Below are positions 36,125 through 46,839 of a DNA stretch of 64,000 nt, one piece after another. Position numbers and translations under genes: made by a program. The DNA is from Oikopleura dioica. Lineage: Eukaryota > Animalia > Chordata. The number at the start of each line of letters is the position of its first letter. Within the stretch, counting starts at the first letter, position 1. Under the pieces are notes generated by a model. That model worked only from the letters and a program-made list of their open reading frames with translations, ran no database searches and was not told where the DNA came from. The DNA lies in assembly GCA_907165135.1 (NCBI GenBank), contig OU015566.1, positions 248,001-312,000 of the forward strand, given 5' to 3'.

Positions 36125-36422
36125 TTAGTAAAATGGTTTGATTGATTTGGATGACTTACTTCGCTTTGGAGTGGCTGGCTTCTTTTTGGTGATCAAAGCA
36201 ATGAGAATTACCATCAGAAGAAAGCAAGCTCCGACAGCGGACAAGCTTGCGATCTGGAGAATGGAGTCCACGTCGACTTTTTCTTCCATCGACTCTTGAG
36301 AAAATAAGTAAAGTATATTCTCTTGTGATCTCTAAGTTACCTCGACAGGCACAGAGGGCGCCAACTTCTTCTTCAGAAACGTAATCGAATCTGTATTGAG
36401 CGTAAAAGTCGCAGTTTTCCAT
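36125..36422 (-). CDS. Small single-pass membrane protein B (>=83 aa; intron 36295-36340)
   Basis: Cys-containing N-terminus, TM ILQIASLSAVGACFLLMVILIALI, then TKKKPATPKRSK. A 5' exon may be missing. Confidence 0.65.
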
Positions 36423-36516
36423 GATTCGAGGTTCAGTCTTAGAATTGAAAGAAAATTAGAAGTTTCTCTATTCCGTCAATTATCGTTCTAATCTACAATC
36501 AAATTTCTTTCTTGTC

Positions 36517-37126
36517 CTAAACTTCTTCTATTCGGGATTGCTCTTCCTTCTTCTTTGCTCGCCAGAGACGATTCAATCGCATCCAGTCCGGTCCAGGAGT
36601 CCAATTCTCATCTTTCTTCTTTTTTGTCGTGACTTGCTCTCGGATCTCTTCGTCGTTCTTTGATCGTTCATTCTTGACATCAGGCTTTTTGTCTTTTGTC
36701 TTCAACTCTTCTTCGCTTCTGTTATCTTTGTTAAATTGTTAGTTGGAGTCAAATTGTCTAAAATTACCTTTGGGATCCTTCCTATCTCGAGAAAGAGTCG
36801 ATCTGCAGCAGTCTGTGATTGATCTTCTTATTCGCATTTCGTATTTTTTGTAAATCATGAAGAAAAACCAAAGCGTAGAAGTAACTGCCGCTGGAAATTA
36901 TTTTTAAATATTTGGAATTGATAATTAAATGTTCTTCAGTACCTGTGAAAACGGCTTGTTTTAACCAACTGAAGTTGGTTGCTTCAATTGGGTCCGCTTG
37001 ATTGTTAACAGTTGTTAACTCGGTGACCAACTCACATGGGGAGACAGAGGATGTGCTTGTCGATTCGGTCGGAATTTTGGTCGTAGCAACTTCTCCTCCG
37101 GAGAGATTTATGGGAAATCGAGTCAT
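36517..37126 (-). CDS. Single-pass membrane protein A (171 aa; introns 36891-36942, 36726-36767)
   Basis: S/T-rich N-terminus, TM AVFTAAVTSTLWFFFMIY, then KKYEMRIRRSITDCCR and a charged tail. Confidence 0.7.
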
Positions 37127-37537
37127 CTGAATTTCAAAAATGATATATCTCCATAAGCAAGAAATAATTTAAAGAAGAACTTGAAGATTCATTCAATTGA
37201 AGTAAAAGCAAATATGAGACTTAATTCAGAAATAAATTTTAATAAAGATAGTCGTAAACGACTAGGTTTCTTACAACTAGTATAATTGAAAAACTTAAGG
37301 TGATTTCTCTTAGTTTTCTCTTATCTTCAATCTTTTTCTCTGTTTTCGAATTCTATGAAAAGTCTTGTGCATGAACTTGCAGCGAGTGAAGTGTGTGCTT
37401 GAAATGAGCCTGCCCCTGAGCAGGCGCCTCACTGATTCGCCCGTTCAACCCCCGCTCGCGAGAACCTAGCCTGAGAGAGGCGCGCTCACCGCAGGTCTAG
37501 CCACGCTGGCGCCAAAAAAAAACGCAATCAAAGCAGA

Positions 37538-38002
37538 ATGAGAGAATTCAAATCCGAGCGCCCCTTGACCTCGTGGGAGCGCGCGACCATCAAAGCCGCT
37601 ATCGACGCAAATCTCGACTCAGTTTCCGACCTTATCAAAGGTATTTTACTCCTTGGAATTGCACAAGTTCATCATCTTTTAGCAGAGAAAGAATACAAAA
37701 AGGATGTGAACTTAGTCACGCAAATGATGTTGAAGATGAAAATAACCGACGAAACAATGGAAGTTGAAACTCGATCCTTTCTTCTGGAATTCATCAAAGG
37801 TAGTTTTACTTCCGGCTTTAATGAATTTATGACTTTTCTAGCAGAAGAATTCAAGAAGGACGTCGAAAAAGCAACGATAATGATGGAGCAGATGACGATT
37901 AGCGAAGGAACAATGGAATGGACGAGTCTTCTTGAGAAAATGGAGATCGATAGCGAGGACGAAACTATGGAATACGATCAGATGGACGCAATGGAAGAGT
38001 AA
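37538..38002 (+). CDS. Polinton accessory protein (154 aa) with internal K(K)DV...MM..M.I.(D/E).TME repeats
   Basis: Clean ATG ORF after a GC-rich bidirectional intergenic region containing GCGCCAAA. Confidence 0.8.
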   Translation: MREFKSERPLTSWERATIKAAIDANLDSVSDLIKGILLLGIAQVHHLLAEKEYKKDVNLVTQMMLKMKITDETMEVETRSFLLEFIKGSFTSGFNEFMTFLAEEFKKDVEKATIMMEQMTISEGTMEWTSLLEKMEIDSEDETMEYDQMDAMEE

Positions 38003-38306
38003 TTTATTCACAGATATCTCCACCTTTTGATTGATAAAGCCTTATTGAAAACTTTCTTTTATTGAAAGAAACTCTTTGATAGATAAATTCTCATTGATAA
38101 TGTATTTCTACCGTCTCAAAACTAGCCATGACTGATAACCTGCCTTTTATCCCACTTCAAGTGCCAAATTTTGTTCAAGCTTCAAATTTTCTGCGCTATA
38201 TTTCGTAACAGTTCCAAATCTAACCTGCCAGTAATATATGACAAAATAAACTCGTTAAATATCAATCCATTGTGTTTTATTAAACACCTACAGGAGATAG
38301 AGCAAA

Positions 38307-38552
38307 TCAAACCCAAGAATCTTGAGGAGACAAAGCAGGATCAGAATCAGTAACAACGATCGAGGCTCTTTTCGCAGTCGATTTCTTCTTTGCTTTCATC
38401 TTCCAAATCTTAATTACCATCCAGCAGTAAGCAGCAAGCGCGAGTACAACTAGGGTTGTAGCAGCTTTGTTCTGACTGATGATTTCTTCCTTGATTTTGC
38501 AAATCAAGTCGAGAAAAGTAAATTCATCTGAGACTGGTGCGCTGCGATTCAT
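38307..38552 (-). CDS. Small single-pass membrane protein D (81 aa)
   Basis: TM AATTLVVLALAAYCWMVIKIW followed by KMKAKKKSTAKR. Confidence 0.65.
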   Translation of the reverse strand: MNRSAPVSDEFTFLDLICKIKEEIISQNKAATTLVVLALAAYCWMVIKIWKMKAKKKSTAKRASIVVTDSDPALSPQDSWV

Positions 38553-38719
38553 TTTTTTTTAAGAATGATATTTTCGAGCTATCAAGCTCATTTTTATGCC
38601 CTTGATCAATGCTTCAAACCAGTGCTAGAAAAAACAACGGAAGTTCACCAAAGCATGTTTATTGAAAGAAATAATCACCGGAAGTAAAGCAACAGGAAAG
38701 TTTGCAAAAAGGAAGAAAT

Positions 38720-40270
38720 TTAAAGTTCGGTAAAGGTTTTTTCTGGCGTCACGTTGGCGGGAGGATCTTCTTCGTCTTCCATCATCTCGGCGGTTTCATC
38801 GATGAATTCAGCAGTTTCTCGCGTGATCAGTCCCATGGAGAGTGCTGTATCCAAGGTCTCCCCTAAAAGGTACGGCGATAAACAGGCATCGATTATGGTA
38901 TCAGGAGTACCTCCTCTTGACGGATTCTCCAGCTCCGATTGCAGCTGTCGGATTTCTTCTGCTCTCGCTTGCGCGTCGTTTTCATCGACGATCTGCTGGA
39001 ATTGTTCGGCGTCCAAGGAGCCAAAGGTATCATCAGCGTACGCAATGTCGATTGCTAAATTATTGTTAGACAAGGATTTAAAAGTTCAAACTACCTGGGA
39101 CAACTTGATCATCATCGTCAGAGGAAGGATCTCCGGTCAAATCAACTTGATTAAAGTTAACATAAGCTTCAATAAAAAAGATTTACTTGTTGTGATTGCT
39201 GAAGCCATCATTTGTTGAGTGGTAATTGGTCGGAATACGGGAACCGTAGGTGATCGAATAACAGATGACCGTCCAGCCGGAGAAGGAAACTCAAATGGTG
39301 GAGGACGAGGAGAGTCAAATGGAGGAGGCGTCGGCGGTGGCGTGTACATCGAAGCTCGGCTTGTGGAAGGTTGGCACATGTCCCAGGTCGTTTGGGTCCA
39401 GAGTTGATTTTTTTGCGATTTTGGTCGAGCCGCCCATTCTTCCTCGCTATCCGGTCCAGTCTCAGCTCCGCTATCATCGTTGTTTTCATCTACGTCGTTT
39501 TCCTCAGCTGAGACACCCACTCCAGCTATACCGTTATCTTCAGCAGCGATAACCTCTCTCGCAGCGTCTGCCTCGTCGTTGATCTCGGCGTCATTATCGC
39601 TTCCAATGTCAGTTTCATCATCATCTTCAAGCTGATCAAACTGGTCGACTTTCTGTCGTTTTTGTTCTGACTCATCAGTTTCGAATAATTTTCGTTTGAC
39701 AGCTAAAAAACAGTTCTGAAATCGCTTTTAAAATAAATTTTACCTCTCGTTTTTTGTGGAGTTGTTGGATGGTAGGTTTCCTCATCGTCTTCAAGCTGAT
39801 CAAACTGGTCGACTTTCTGTCGTTTTTGTTTTGGCTCATCAGTTTCGAATAATTGTCGTTTGGCAGCTAAAAAACCAGTTCTGAAATTGCTTTAAAAATA
39901 AATTTTACCTCTCGTTTTTGGTGGAGTTGTTGGATAGTAGGTTTCATCATCAGAATCATCTTCGGAGGAGGAAGCTGCGCTGGAATCGTCAATGTCAATT
40001 TCACCGTCTGAGTTCTCAATCATGTCTTCGAGTCTTGCCACAAGGGGCACGTCAAAGTCCAAATGATCCAGTAGTCCGCCTTGATATAAATAAGTATTTG
40101 AAAAGACTCAAGAATAACTTACGAACTCGTCGAAGATAGGTCTCTTTATCGACCGCCATAGTGTATTGGTCTCTGATCGTGGTCCAAAGTGCTTCGAGAA
40201 GGAGTATAAATTGGTTGGTAAGGTTGTAAGCTTGAGCAATGCCGTCGGGATTCGAGGGAAGATCGAACAT
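38720..40270 (-). CDS. Acidic/disordered 447-aa protein with tandem TPxK + KRxLF modules (introns 40080-40122, 39867-39908, 39703-39743, 39146-39186, 39055-39094)
   Basis: Five 40-43-bp GT-AG introns join the pieces to 1344 nt in frame. Confidence 0.8.
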
Positions 40271-41144
40271 CTTTTAAAATCTAGTTTTGATATTTGATGA
40301 AATTCCCTCATCTTGTTCCGGTTTTATCGGCGGGATCAGCGCGCTAACAACTTGCGCCGCACTCGTTCGCGTGCGCCGCCCCTTCCGCCGGAAGTAAACG
40401 TATCAAAATACAATCCTGTTTCAACGCACAAATGTTTTAATCCGGAGGAACAAACGAATTGGCATTCAAATGTTGAAGTCAATTTTACCTTCAAAAACTG
40501 GACTAAGTCAATTATACCTTCAAGACTTGCGTGATGCCAATGATACCTCTCAAGAATGGCCAGATCCCAATAATACAAATCAGATCTGATCCAAATTATA
40601 CCTCAGACAACAGCTCTGATCCAAATAATACCTACTAACGATCAACTTTATTACGTCAAATTACAGCAAGAGTCAGAACAAGCTTATGGCAGAAAACATC
40701 ATGATATTCATCTTGTTTCATTTCATTTATTAAGAAAAATAATTTTTGTTAACTCTGTCATTTTGATGTGTCTGATTCTACTGTTGTTCGATTATTTATA
40801 CAGAGCCGGCGCTGCTCTCAAATTTTCAGCTTGACTTATCATCCGAAACTATCTTTACCCATGACTTACCATTCACCCATGAAGTTGAAAATTTATGTCA
40901 GCAAACCTTAGTTGAAAATCAACAAAAACTGTTTCCGAAAATCTAAGTCTGTAAATCCGATCTCGTTATTTGAAATTTGCTAACCAAAAAAGCTGAAATA
41001 CCAATTTTTAAACAATTTTTATTCACACCGACACATAATGGAGCAGAAATTAAAAGTAATCGAAGCAGGTAAGACAGATTTGTTGACACCGATATGAAAA
41101 GAAGTAGAAATTTGGAGTTAACGGAGTAGGGAAGACAGATTTAT

Positions 41145-41651
41145 TTATGCGGAAGTTCCGGAGCGTGGCGGTGGAGCAACAACTTGATTGTCTCCGTCAA
41201 TGTAAATTGTTCCTGTTTGCTCGGGCTGCGTTATAACATCATCGTCAGGCGTCGTGCCCAAGTTCCATCCAAGAATTGATGTTGATTTGAAGACATTTTC
41301 TTGACCGCAAACGGGACAGTCATGAGATGGCTCTTTTTCAGGTTGAAACGGCGAAGCGTACCGGAAAATGTACGCTTTTGGCTCATTTCTAATCTGCTCA
41401 GACAGTGTCTGAAGAGCCTCGCGTTCGATCTCGACCAGAAGCTCCTTCTTAGTGTGGCGAAACTCGAGCAGATGAAGGAACTCAACCTCGAGTTCATGTT
41501 TAGTTCGAATAGGCAGACGGAGCTCAATCTCTTCTCCTGAGAATCCATCAGGAAAGAAATTATCTGCATTTGAGATCACTGCCGCGTCAATGTAGAAAAC
41601 TCCTCCTTTGTTTGCGGTGTGAAAATCAAAGTTTTTAATTGTAACGATCAT
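41145..41651 (-). CDS. Polinton paralog family member 1
   Basis: MIVTIKNFDF...GGVFYID motif shared with the next two ORFs. Confidence 0.8.
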   Translation of the reverse strand: MIVTIKNFDFHTANKGGVFYIDAAVISNADNFFPDGFSGEEIELRLPIRTKHELEVEFLHLLEFRHTKKELLVEIEREALQTLSEQIRNEPKAYIFRYASPFQPEKEPSHDCPVCGQENVFKSTSILGWNLGTTPDDDVITQPEQTGTIYIDGDNQVVAPPPRSGTSA

Positions 41652-41953
41652 TTTGCGAATGAGAGAAGAATCATTTTTGCTCCTGAAGTTCAAATGCACT
41701 GGCTAACCAGTGCTCTTTTTCTAGCCTTGTGACCGCCTTTCCGCTTCCTATGCTTATAAACAAAAGATCCTGCTTCAAAGAACAACAAAAAGATTAATCA
41801 CCGACATTTATTTTCACCGAAAAATATTTACAAAGCAAAGCACCACAGTATAAAAGTAAAGAAAAGGAAGCGTCACAGTCATTCTAAAAAAGTACAGAAA
41901 AGCAAAGCACCACAAATAAAGACTAGAAAGTTTCAAAAGTTGTATCTGTAGAT

Positions 41954-42307
41954 TCAGCACTTGGTAGCCGCCCATTTGTCAATATCGGCCATCAGTATGG
42001 ACAATTCTCTGTTGGATTCTTTTTTTCCAGCTTCTTTTTCTTCCAAAGTAAGAGGGTCTTCAAGACAGCGTATTTGCACAGGCTTTTTTGAGTTGCATAA
42101 TTCCGTTAGAAGACGAGATTCCATCTCAACCTCTTGCTTGGTTGAGACTGTTATCTGGACATGGAACCTGAATTCGTCAACCAAAACAGGACAAGTATCG
42201 TCGATAAGCGGGTTGCAGATGGCATCAATGTGGAAAACTCCTCCACAACCGTTCTCTTCAAAATTGAAGGCTTCAATTTGAAAAAAATGTTCTTTGGATT
42301 GAGTCAT
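41954..42307 (-). CDS. Polinton paralog family member 2
   Basis: FQIEAFNF...GGVFHIDA...TKQEVE matches member 1. Confidence 0.75.
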   Translation of the reverse strand: MTQSKEHFFQIEAFNFEENGCGGVFHIDAICNPLIDDTCPVLVDEFRFHVQITVSTKQEVEMESRLLTELCNSKKPVQIRCLEDPLTLEEKEAGKKESNRELSILMADIDKWAATKC

Positions 42308-42528
42308 TTTTTGTTGAGAATGAGATCACTTAGAAATTCTACTATGAGAGTCAAAAGCGCTGGAAAAATCAGCGCCTGCTTTGGATCACTGAGTCTGCTC
42401 GAGCGGAACTTTGCGTCTTCAATGTTTATAAATAAAGAAACCTGCTCGAAAGAACGACAAGGAAGTAAAAAAACACCAAAGTTTATTACTCGAGTAAAGA
42501 AGCAGAAAACGATCAGAAAACGAAAAGA

Positions 42529-43125
42529 TTAGATGGACATTGGTTGTTCGGAAGTCGGCTGAATTGGAGTTGACTGAGTTGGAATTGGCTGGATGGGAGA
42601 TGGCTGGATTGTAGTTGACTGAATTGGAGTTGACTGCATCGGAGTTGGCTGGATCGGAGATGACTGGATTGGAGTTGACTGCATCGGAGTTGGCTGGATC
42701 GGAGATGACTGGATTGGAGTTGGCTGAATAGTAGTTTGCTGGATGGGAGATGGCTGGATTGTAGTTGAGTGCATCGGAGTTGGCTGGACGGGAAATGACT
42801 GAATCGGGGTTGGCTGAATCGGAAGTCGACTGAATCGGAAAGTGTACGAAGCGGGGATATTGTGCTCTCTTTCCCAGTCGGATTGCTTTGACTCGGAAGT
42901 AAGGTTGACGGACGCAGGTTGATGAGATTCTGTGAAGGACAGAAGAGTAGCGAACGTTTCAGAAATTTCAGCTGCAGTCTTTTCAAACATTCTCAAGTTG
43001 ATTTCTGAAGCAGGTTGGGTGTAGTCGAAATGAGTCTCAAAGCCTGGAATATAAGTTCCCTTGACTTTGAAAAATCCGCCTCCGTTGTGTGATCGAAAAG
43101 TGAAAGATTTAATCGTGACAAACAT
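42529..43125 (-). CDS. Polinton paralog family member 3, with C-terminal 5-aa (15-bp) QPTPI-type repeats
   Basis: MFVTIKSFTF...GGGFFKV; repeat array ~42545-42830. Confidence 0.8.
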   Translation of the reverse strand: MFVTIKSFTFRSHNGGGFFKVKGTYIPGFETHFDYTQPASEINLRMFEKTAAEISETFATLLSFTESHQPASVNLTSESKQSDWEREHNIPASYTFRFSRLPIQPTPIQSFPVQPTPMHSTTIQPSPIQQTTIQPTPIQSSPIQPTPMQSTPIQSSPIQPTPMQSTPIQSTTIQPSPIQPIPTQSTPIQPTSEQPMSI

Positions 43126-43226
43126 CTTTTTGAGAATGACGAAAACGACCAAATCAAGTCCAGAAGTGCTAAAGCACTGGTTAGTCAGTGCATCTTTTAC
43201 TACCAGTGATTCTTTTATGTTTACCT

Positions 43227-44535
43227 TTACAATAACGTTTTTTCGACTTGTTTATGTTCGTCAATCGTAAGTTTGACAGACACAATCGACCATATAACAA
43301 TGTGATAGTCATCGTCGTCATCTAGTGGTTTGTTGAAATCAAATGTGAAGGAGAGCCATCCTTGTGATATTTCCTCGCCCTCAAATTCATGAGCGAAAAT
43401 TGCATTGCTCTTGTACGCATCCATGGATGTCACATAAGACAAGTTGCTTTGAGAGATTCTTCCAAGAGCATTTTGAAATTTCCAATAAGGGAGAATTGGA
43501 TACTGATTCGTGATTTTCTAGGAATATGATAAATTTTTTTATTCTTCTATGTTATCTTACCTGAGGATATCCATGGAGCGACTGCCCGTTTAATGTAACG
43601 TTTATTTGCGTAAGATCCTGATGAAAACTGAAATTTGTGGACTCAAAAGCATCCGATCCAAACAAGGCATCTGTTTTGATGAGTCCAAAGAACATGTACG
43701 CGGGTGTATTTCCACCAGTAACATTGAGCAGCTGAACTTGCTTACGACCTTTTGGTAAAGCCATTGTCTTTATCATAGTGTCATTAAATTTGTAGGAGAT
43801 CGGTTTCGATTTGATTCTCGCAAAATGATTTCTCAAGCTTGGAGAGGACACATATTCAACCATTGCATAGGCATCTGTTATTTTGAGAGCTTCTCCAGCC
43901 GGCAACTTATCATTTGGGTCGCTTCCAATAAAAATTGTAGAGAACTCATGCTTTAAACGGTAGAGCGTCAGTGATAGATCAGTGTTGAGAGGAAGAGGTT
44001 TATTTTCAAGGAAGAATCCGTGAGTAGGTAAGAAGATGAGTTCGTAAACATAATTCCCATCAGAGTTGACAAAGCAGCCTGGTCTCCTACCGTCTCTGAT
44101 TTCTTCCTTAGCCGCATCAGTTGCAAGTGTCTCAAAATTGTACTCGTCGTAGTACCCCTCGATCTGGAAAGCAGTCATCACATATTGAGGATCATAGTTT
44201 GTCAGCTTTGTCAGATAATCAGCGAGCATATAATGCGCGCTAAGATAACAGTTAGCCATATTTATGAACACAAACTCTTACTTTGAATTGGAATTATCAA
44301 TTATTTGAGAATTCACGGCAACTTCTGTTTTTCCAAACTGTTTGCTTGCGAATCCATTGCAGGGGATGTAGTTCTTGTCCAGTTCGATCGTAAAATGAAT
44401 CGCAATGTTGTTTTTGACGAGAAAAAGATTTGGATCCGCATCGAAGTGGAAATGAAGACGACCGGTCAAACTATCTACCTCTCTTGGATAGTGACGCTTG
44501 ACGACTTTCTGGTCGTAATACTCAACTTCTATCAT
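43227..44535 (-). CDS. PY: Major capsid protein (double jelly roll), 407 aa; introns 44240-44281 and 43518-43560
   Basis: Polinton PY-like motifs: F..D...L, NGFASKQF..V.VNSQ, YL..LTNY, LPLNTDLSLTLYR, PAYMFFGL, NFSFH, V.LNG. Confidence 0.88.
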
Positions 44536-44585
44536 AATTTCAGTCTAAATGGATAAAATTTGAAGATCGTTTTCACCAATTTTAA

Positions 44586-45005
44586 TCACCAAATATGAGA
44601 GAGTTTGTCAAAAAGGAGTTGATCGTTTTCAGAAAGATTTTTAGAAAAGATAGAGGAGAGTTTTTTCAGAGAATAAAGGGAGCGAAAGATAACATAGAAA
44701 CAAACGTAGAAACCACAGTAAAATGACGCATCTGACTGAATTCTTTTATAAAAATATCTTTTTCGATCACCAAAAAAGTCGGTTAACTCTTTTGGATATT
44801 TTCCTAGTTTCAAACTATCAAAAATCTCGATTTTTGACTTTTCAAGACGAATTGCTATCCAGTGAGAACCTTTTGACTTTTCTGGTGAAAGATTAACAAC
44901 TAGAAAAGCAGGATATTCATAAAGAGAAGGTAATGTATCAATAGAGAAAACACCAAGGAAATTTTCTACACGTTCTAAACGTTTAGCAATATAGTAAGAG
45001 TTCAT
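44586..45005 (-). CDS. PRO: Adenain-like cysteine maturation protease (139 aa)
   Basis: VVN...GSHW, FDS, IQS...CGFY (H/D/Q/C catalytic residues). Confidence 0.92.
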   Translation of the reverse strand: MNSYYIAKRLERVENFLGVFSIDTLPSLYEYPAFLVVNLSPEKSKGSHWIAIRLEKSKIEIFDSLKLGKYPKELTDFFGDRKRYFYKRIQSDASFYCGFYVCFYVIFRSLYSLKKLSSIFSKNLSENDQLLFDKLSHIW

Positions 45006-45217
45006 GCTCTTTTCTTTTTGGACGACTTCTTTGACTTTTTCAAGTCTTTTGTTGTAAAATTTCTTTTTTTCTTTGGTTTTGAGGAAGGTTTTTTTCTTGC
45101 TGGAGTGAGTTTGAGTTTGGTTGGAGCTTTTTTTGATTTTCTTTTTCCTGCGCCCGACTGAGATTTGGGAAACCATTTTTTTGGTCGACTTTCGAGCGCG
45201 GAAATAATGGTTTTCAT
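45002..45217 (-). CDS. Small highly basic protein (71 aa), candidate virion core protein
   Basis: Very K-rich; QSGAG motif of the QxGxG type; positioned between the minor capsid candidate and the protease. Confidence 0.6.
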   Translation of the reverse strand: MKTIISALESRPKKWFPKSQSGAGKRKSKKAPTKLKLTPARKKPSSKPKKKRNFTTKDLKKSKKSSKKKRA

Positions 45218-45576
45218 TCTCTTGTTTTAATCTCGATCTGGAGAGAAAAGTGTTGGACAACGTGTTCTTCGCCTAAGTCGATTGAGAATCTCGTATCCCG
45301 CCAGTTATATACGTTCAAGGGGAAGAAAAGGGAGCGTTGGTCGGGAAAATGGCACCACCTATCGTTTGGACGGAGTTGACCCATCTGCAGCGTATTAGGT
45401 TGACCATAACAAGAAGCAATCGAGTTAAATTCAATGAAACAAATGTCAACGTCACGTGGAGTGGTCATGAGATTACAGACAGCGCTTACAATTTGAACAC
45501 AGTATTCTTCGTTGTTATCAAATAAAATTTCAGGAACTTTTAGTTCCTTGCTTCTTCCGAAAAGATTCAATATCAT
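45214..45576 (-). CDS. Probable minor capsid (penton, single jelly roll) protein, 120 aa
   Basis: Beta-strand-rich, FFPLNVY...RFSI motif; typical position next to INT and PRO. The assignment is inference. Confidence 0.5.
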   Translation of the reverse strand: MILNLFGRSKELKVPEILFDNNEEYCVQIVSAVCNLMTTPRDVDICFIEFNSIASCYGQPNTLQMGQLRPNDRWCHFPDQRSLFFPLNVYNWRDTRFSIDLGEEHVVQHFSLQIEIKTRE

Positions 45577-45582
45577 TGGCGA

Positions 45583-46839
45583 CTAGATTGAGTTCAAATA
45601 ATACTTTATTCGAGGTTGACGATTTCCTTCTTCGTCAGCAATTTTATACCAAACTATACCAGCTCTTTGACGGATGTCTGTGATGATGTAAACTTCGTCT
45701 GACCAATTTTGGGTGTATCCTTTTTCGAAAAGTTCTTTTTTCTTTTTTACTCTCACTACGTTGCCAACTTTAAGTCTGGGCTTGACTTTCAAGTCAATGT
45801 CGGGATAAAGTCGAGTGAAAACCTGTGCTCTATTTTTTGGTGAGACTTGGTTTGGAGCCATGCCAATGGAACGATGAGGAGTTGAGTTATACCCTTTTGT
45901 TATTGCCGGGAGAACATCAATCCATGTTTTTGTCTTCTTAGTTTTCATGAAAAGATGAATACGTTTCCTGAAGGTTTGAATCGCACGTTCTGCTATCGCC
46001 GCCTTCATTTTACTTTTGATACTATAGTGATGCATTCCATAACGATCCAGAATTTTTCGCACATTTGAGTTGTAAAATTCCAGACCTTCATCTGTAATCA
46101 AAGAATTCGGCCACTCCAGAAAATCTTGAAATATATCGTTGAGAGCATTTGCCACATCCTTTCCAGATTTTGTTTTGAGTGGTCTTGTCCAAACATAGCG
46201 TGAAAAACAGTCAATGATGAGAAGAATAAAAACGTGATGTCGATTAGAGTATTTGAGTTTCTGGTAATCAATAAGATCACCCTGGAATATTTTGAACTGA
46301 GTGTCAACAATAAATCGTCGACGAGGAAATCGCTTTTTGGAAATACGACGATGGGTACTCGACACTTTACTCTTCCTGAGAAATTCCGCTACTTTCGCTG
46401 AGAACGCTGGAGCGCTTGCCACGTTTTCGTGAAGGGCTTGAATCTGATCCTCCAGAGCTGACTTCTTCGGAGCTTGGACTTTCGGATGAGTTTGAATTTC
46501 TTCTTTGCTTCGATTTTTTTGATTTTTCGTCTGAGCTGACGTATTCGGTACTGGATTCGCTTGAGGTTGAAGGACGTCTTCGCTTATTCTTTTTTGATTT
46601 TGATTTCTCGTTCTCGGAACTGTCGTCTTCCGAAGACGCTTCGCTTGAGGTTGACTGTCGTCTTCGCTTCTTTGTTTTCTTTTTTGATTTCTTGTCGACA
46701 CTTGACTTCTTGTTCCGCTTTCTGGATCTTGACCTTTCAACCTCCGACTCTGACGAGTCTTCGGTAAAACTGTCGCATCTAATCTTTGATTTGACTCTGG
46801 TTGATTCAACTGTTTTGCACGGCGGGTTTTTCTTCGCAT
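45583..46839 (-). CDS. INT: Retroviral-like (rve) DDE integrase of Polinton type
   Basis: FQGDLID, IDCFSRY, ITDEGLEF, IAERAIQT, YNSTPHRSIGMAP; basic N-terminal extension. Confidence 0.95.
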   Translation of the reverse strand: MRRKTRRAKQLNQPESNQRLDATVLPKTRQSRRLKGQDPESGTRSQVSTRNQKRKQRSEDDSQPQAKRLRKTTVPRTRNQNQKRISEDVLQPQANPVPNTSAQTKNQKNRSKEEIQTHPKVQAPKKSALEDQIQALHENVASAPAFSAKVAEFLRKSKVSSTHRRISKKRFPRRRFIVDTQFKIFQGDLIDYQKLKYSNRHHVFILLIIDCFSRYVWTRPLKTKSGKDVANALNDIFQDFLEWPNSLITDEGLEFYNSNVRKILDRYGMHHYSIKSKMKAAIAERAIQTFRKRIHLFMKTKKTKTWIDVLPAITKGYNSTPHRSIGMAPNQVSPKNRAQVFTRLYPDIDLKVKPRLKVGNVVRVKKKKELFEKGYTQNWSDEVYIITDIRQRAGIVWYKIADEEGNRQPRIKYYLNSI

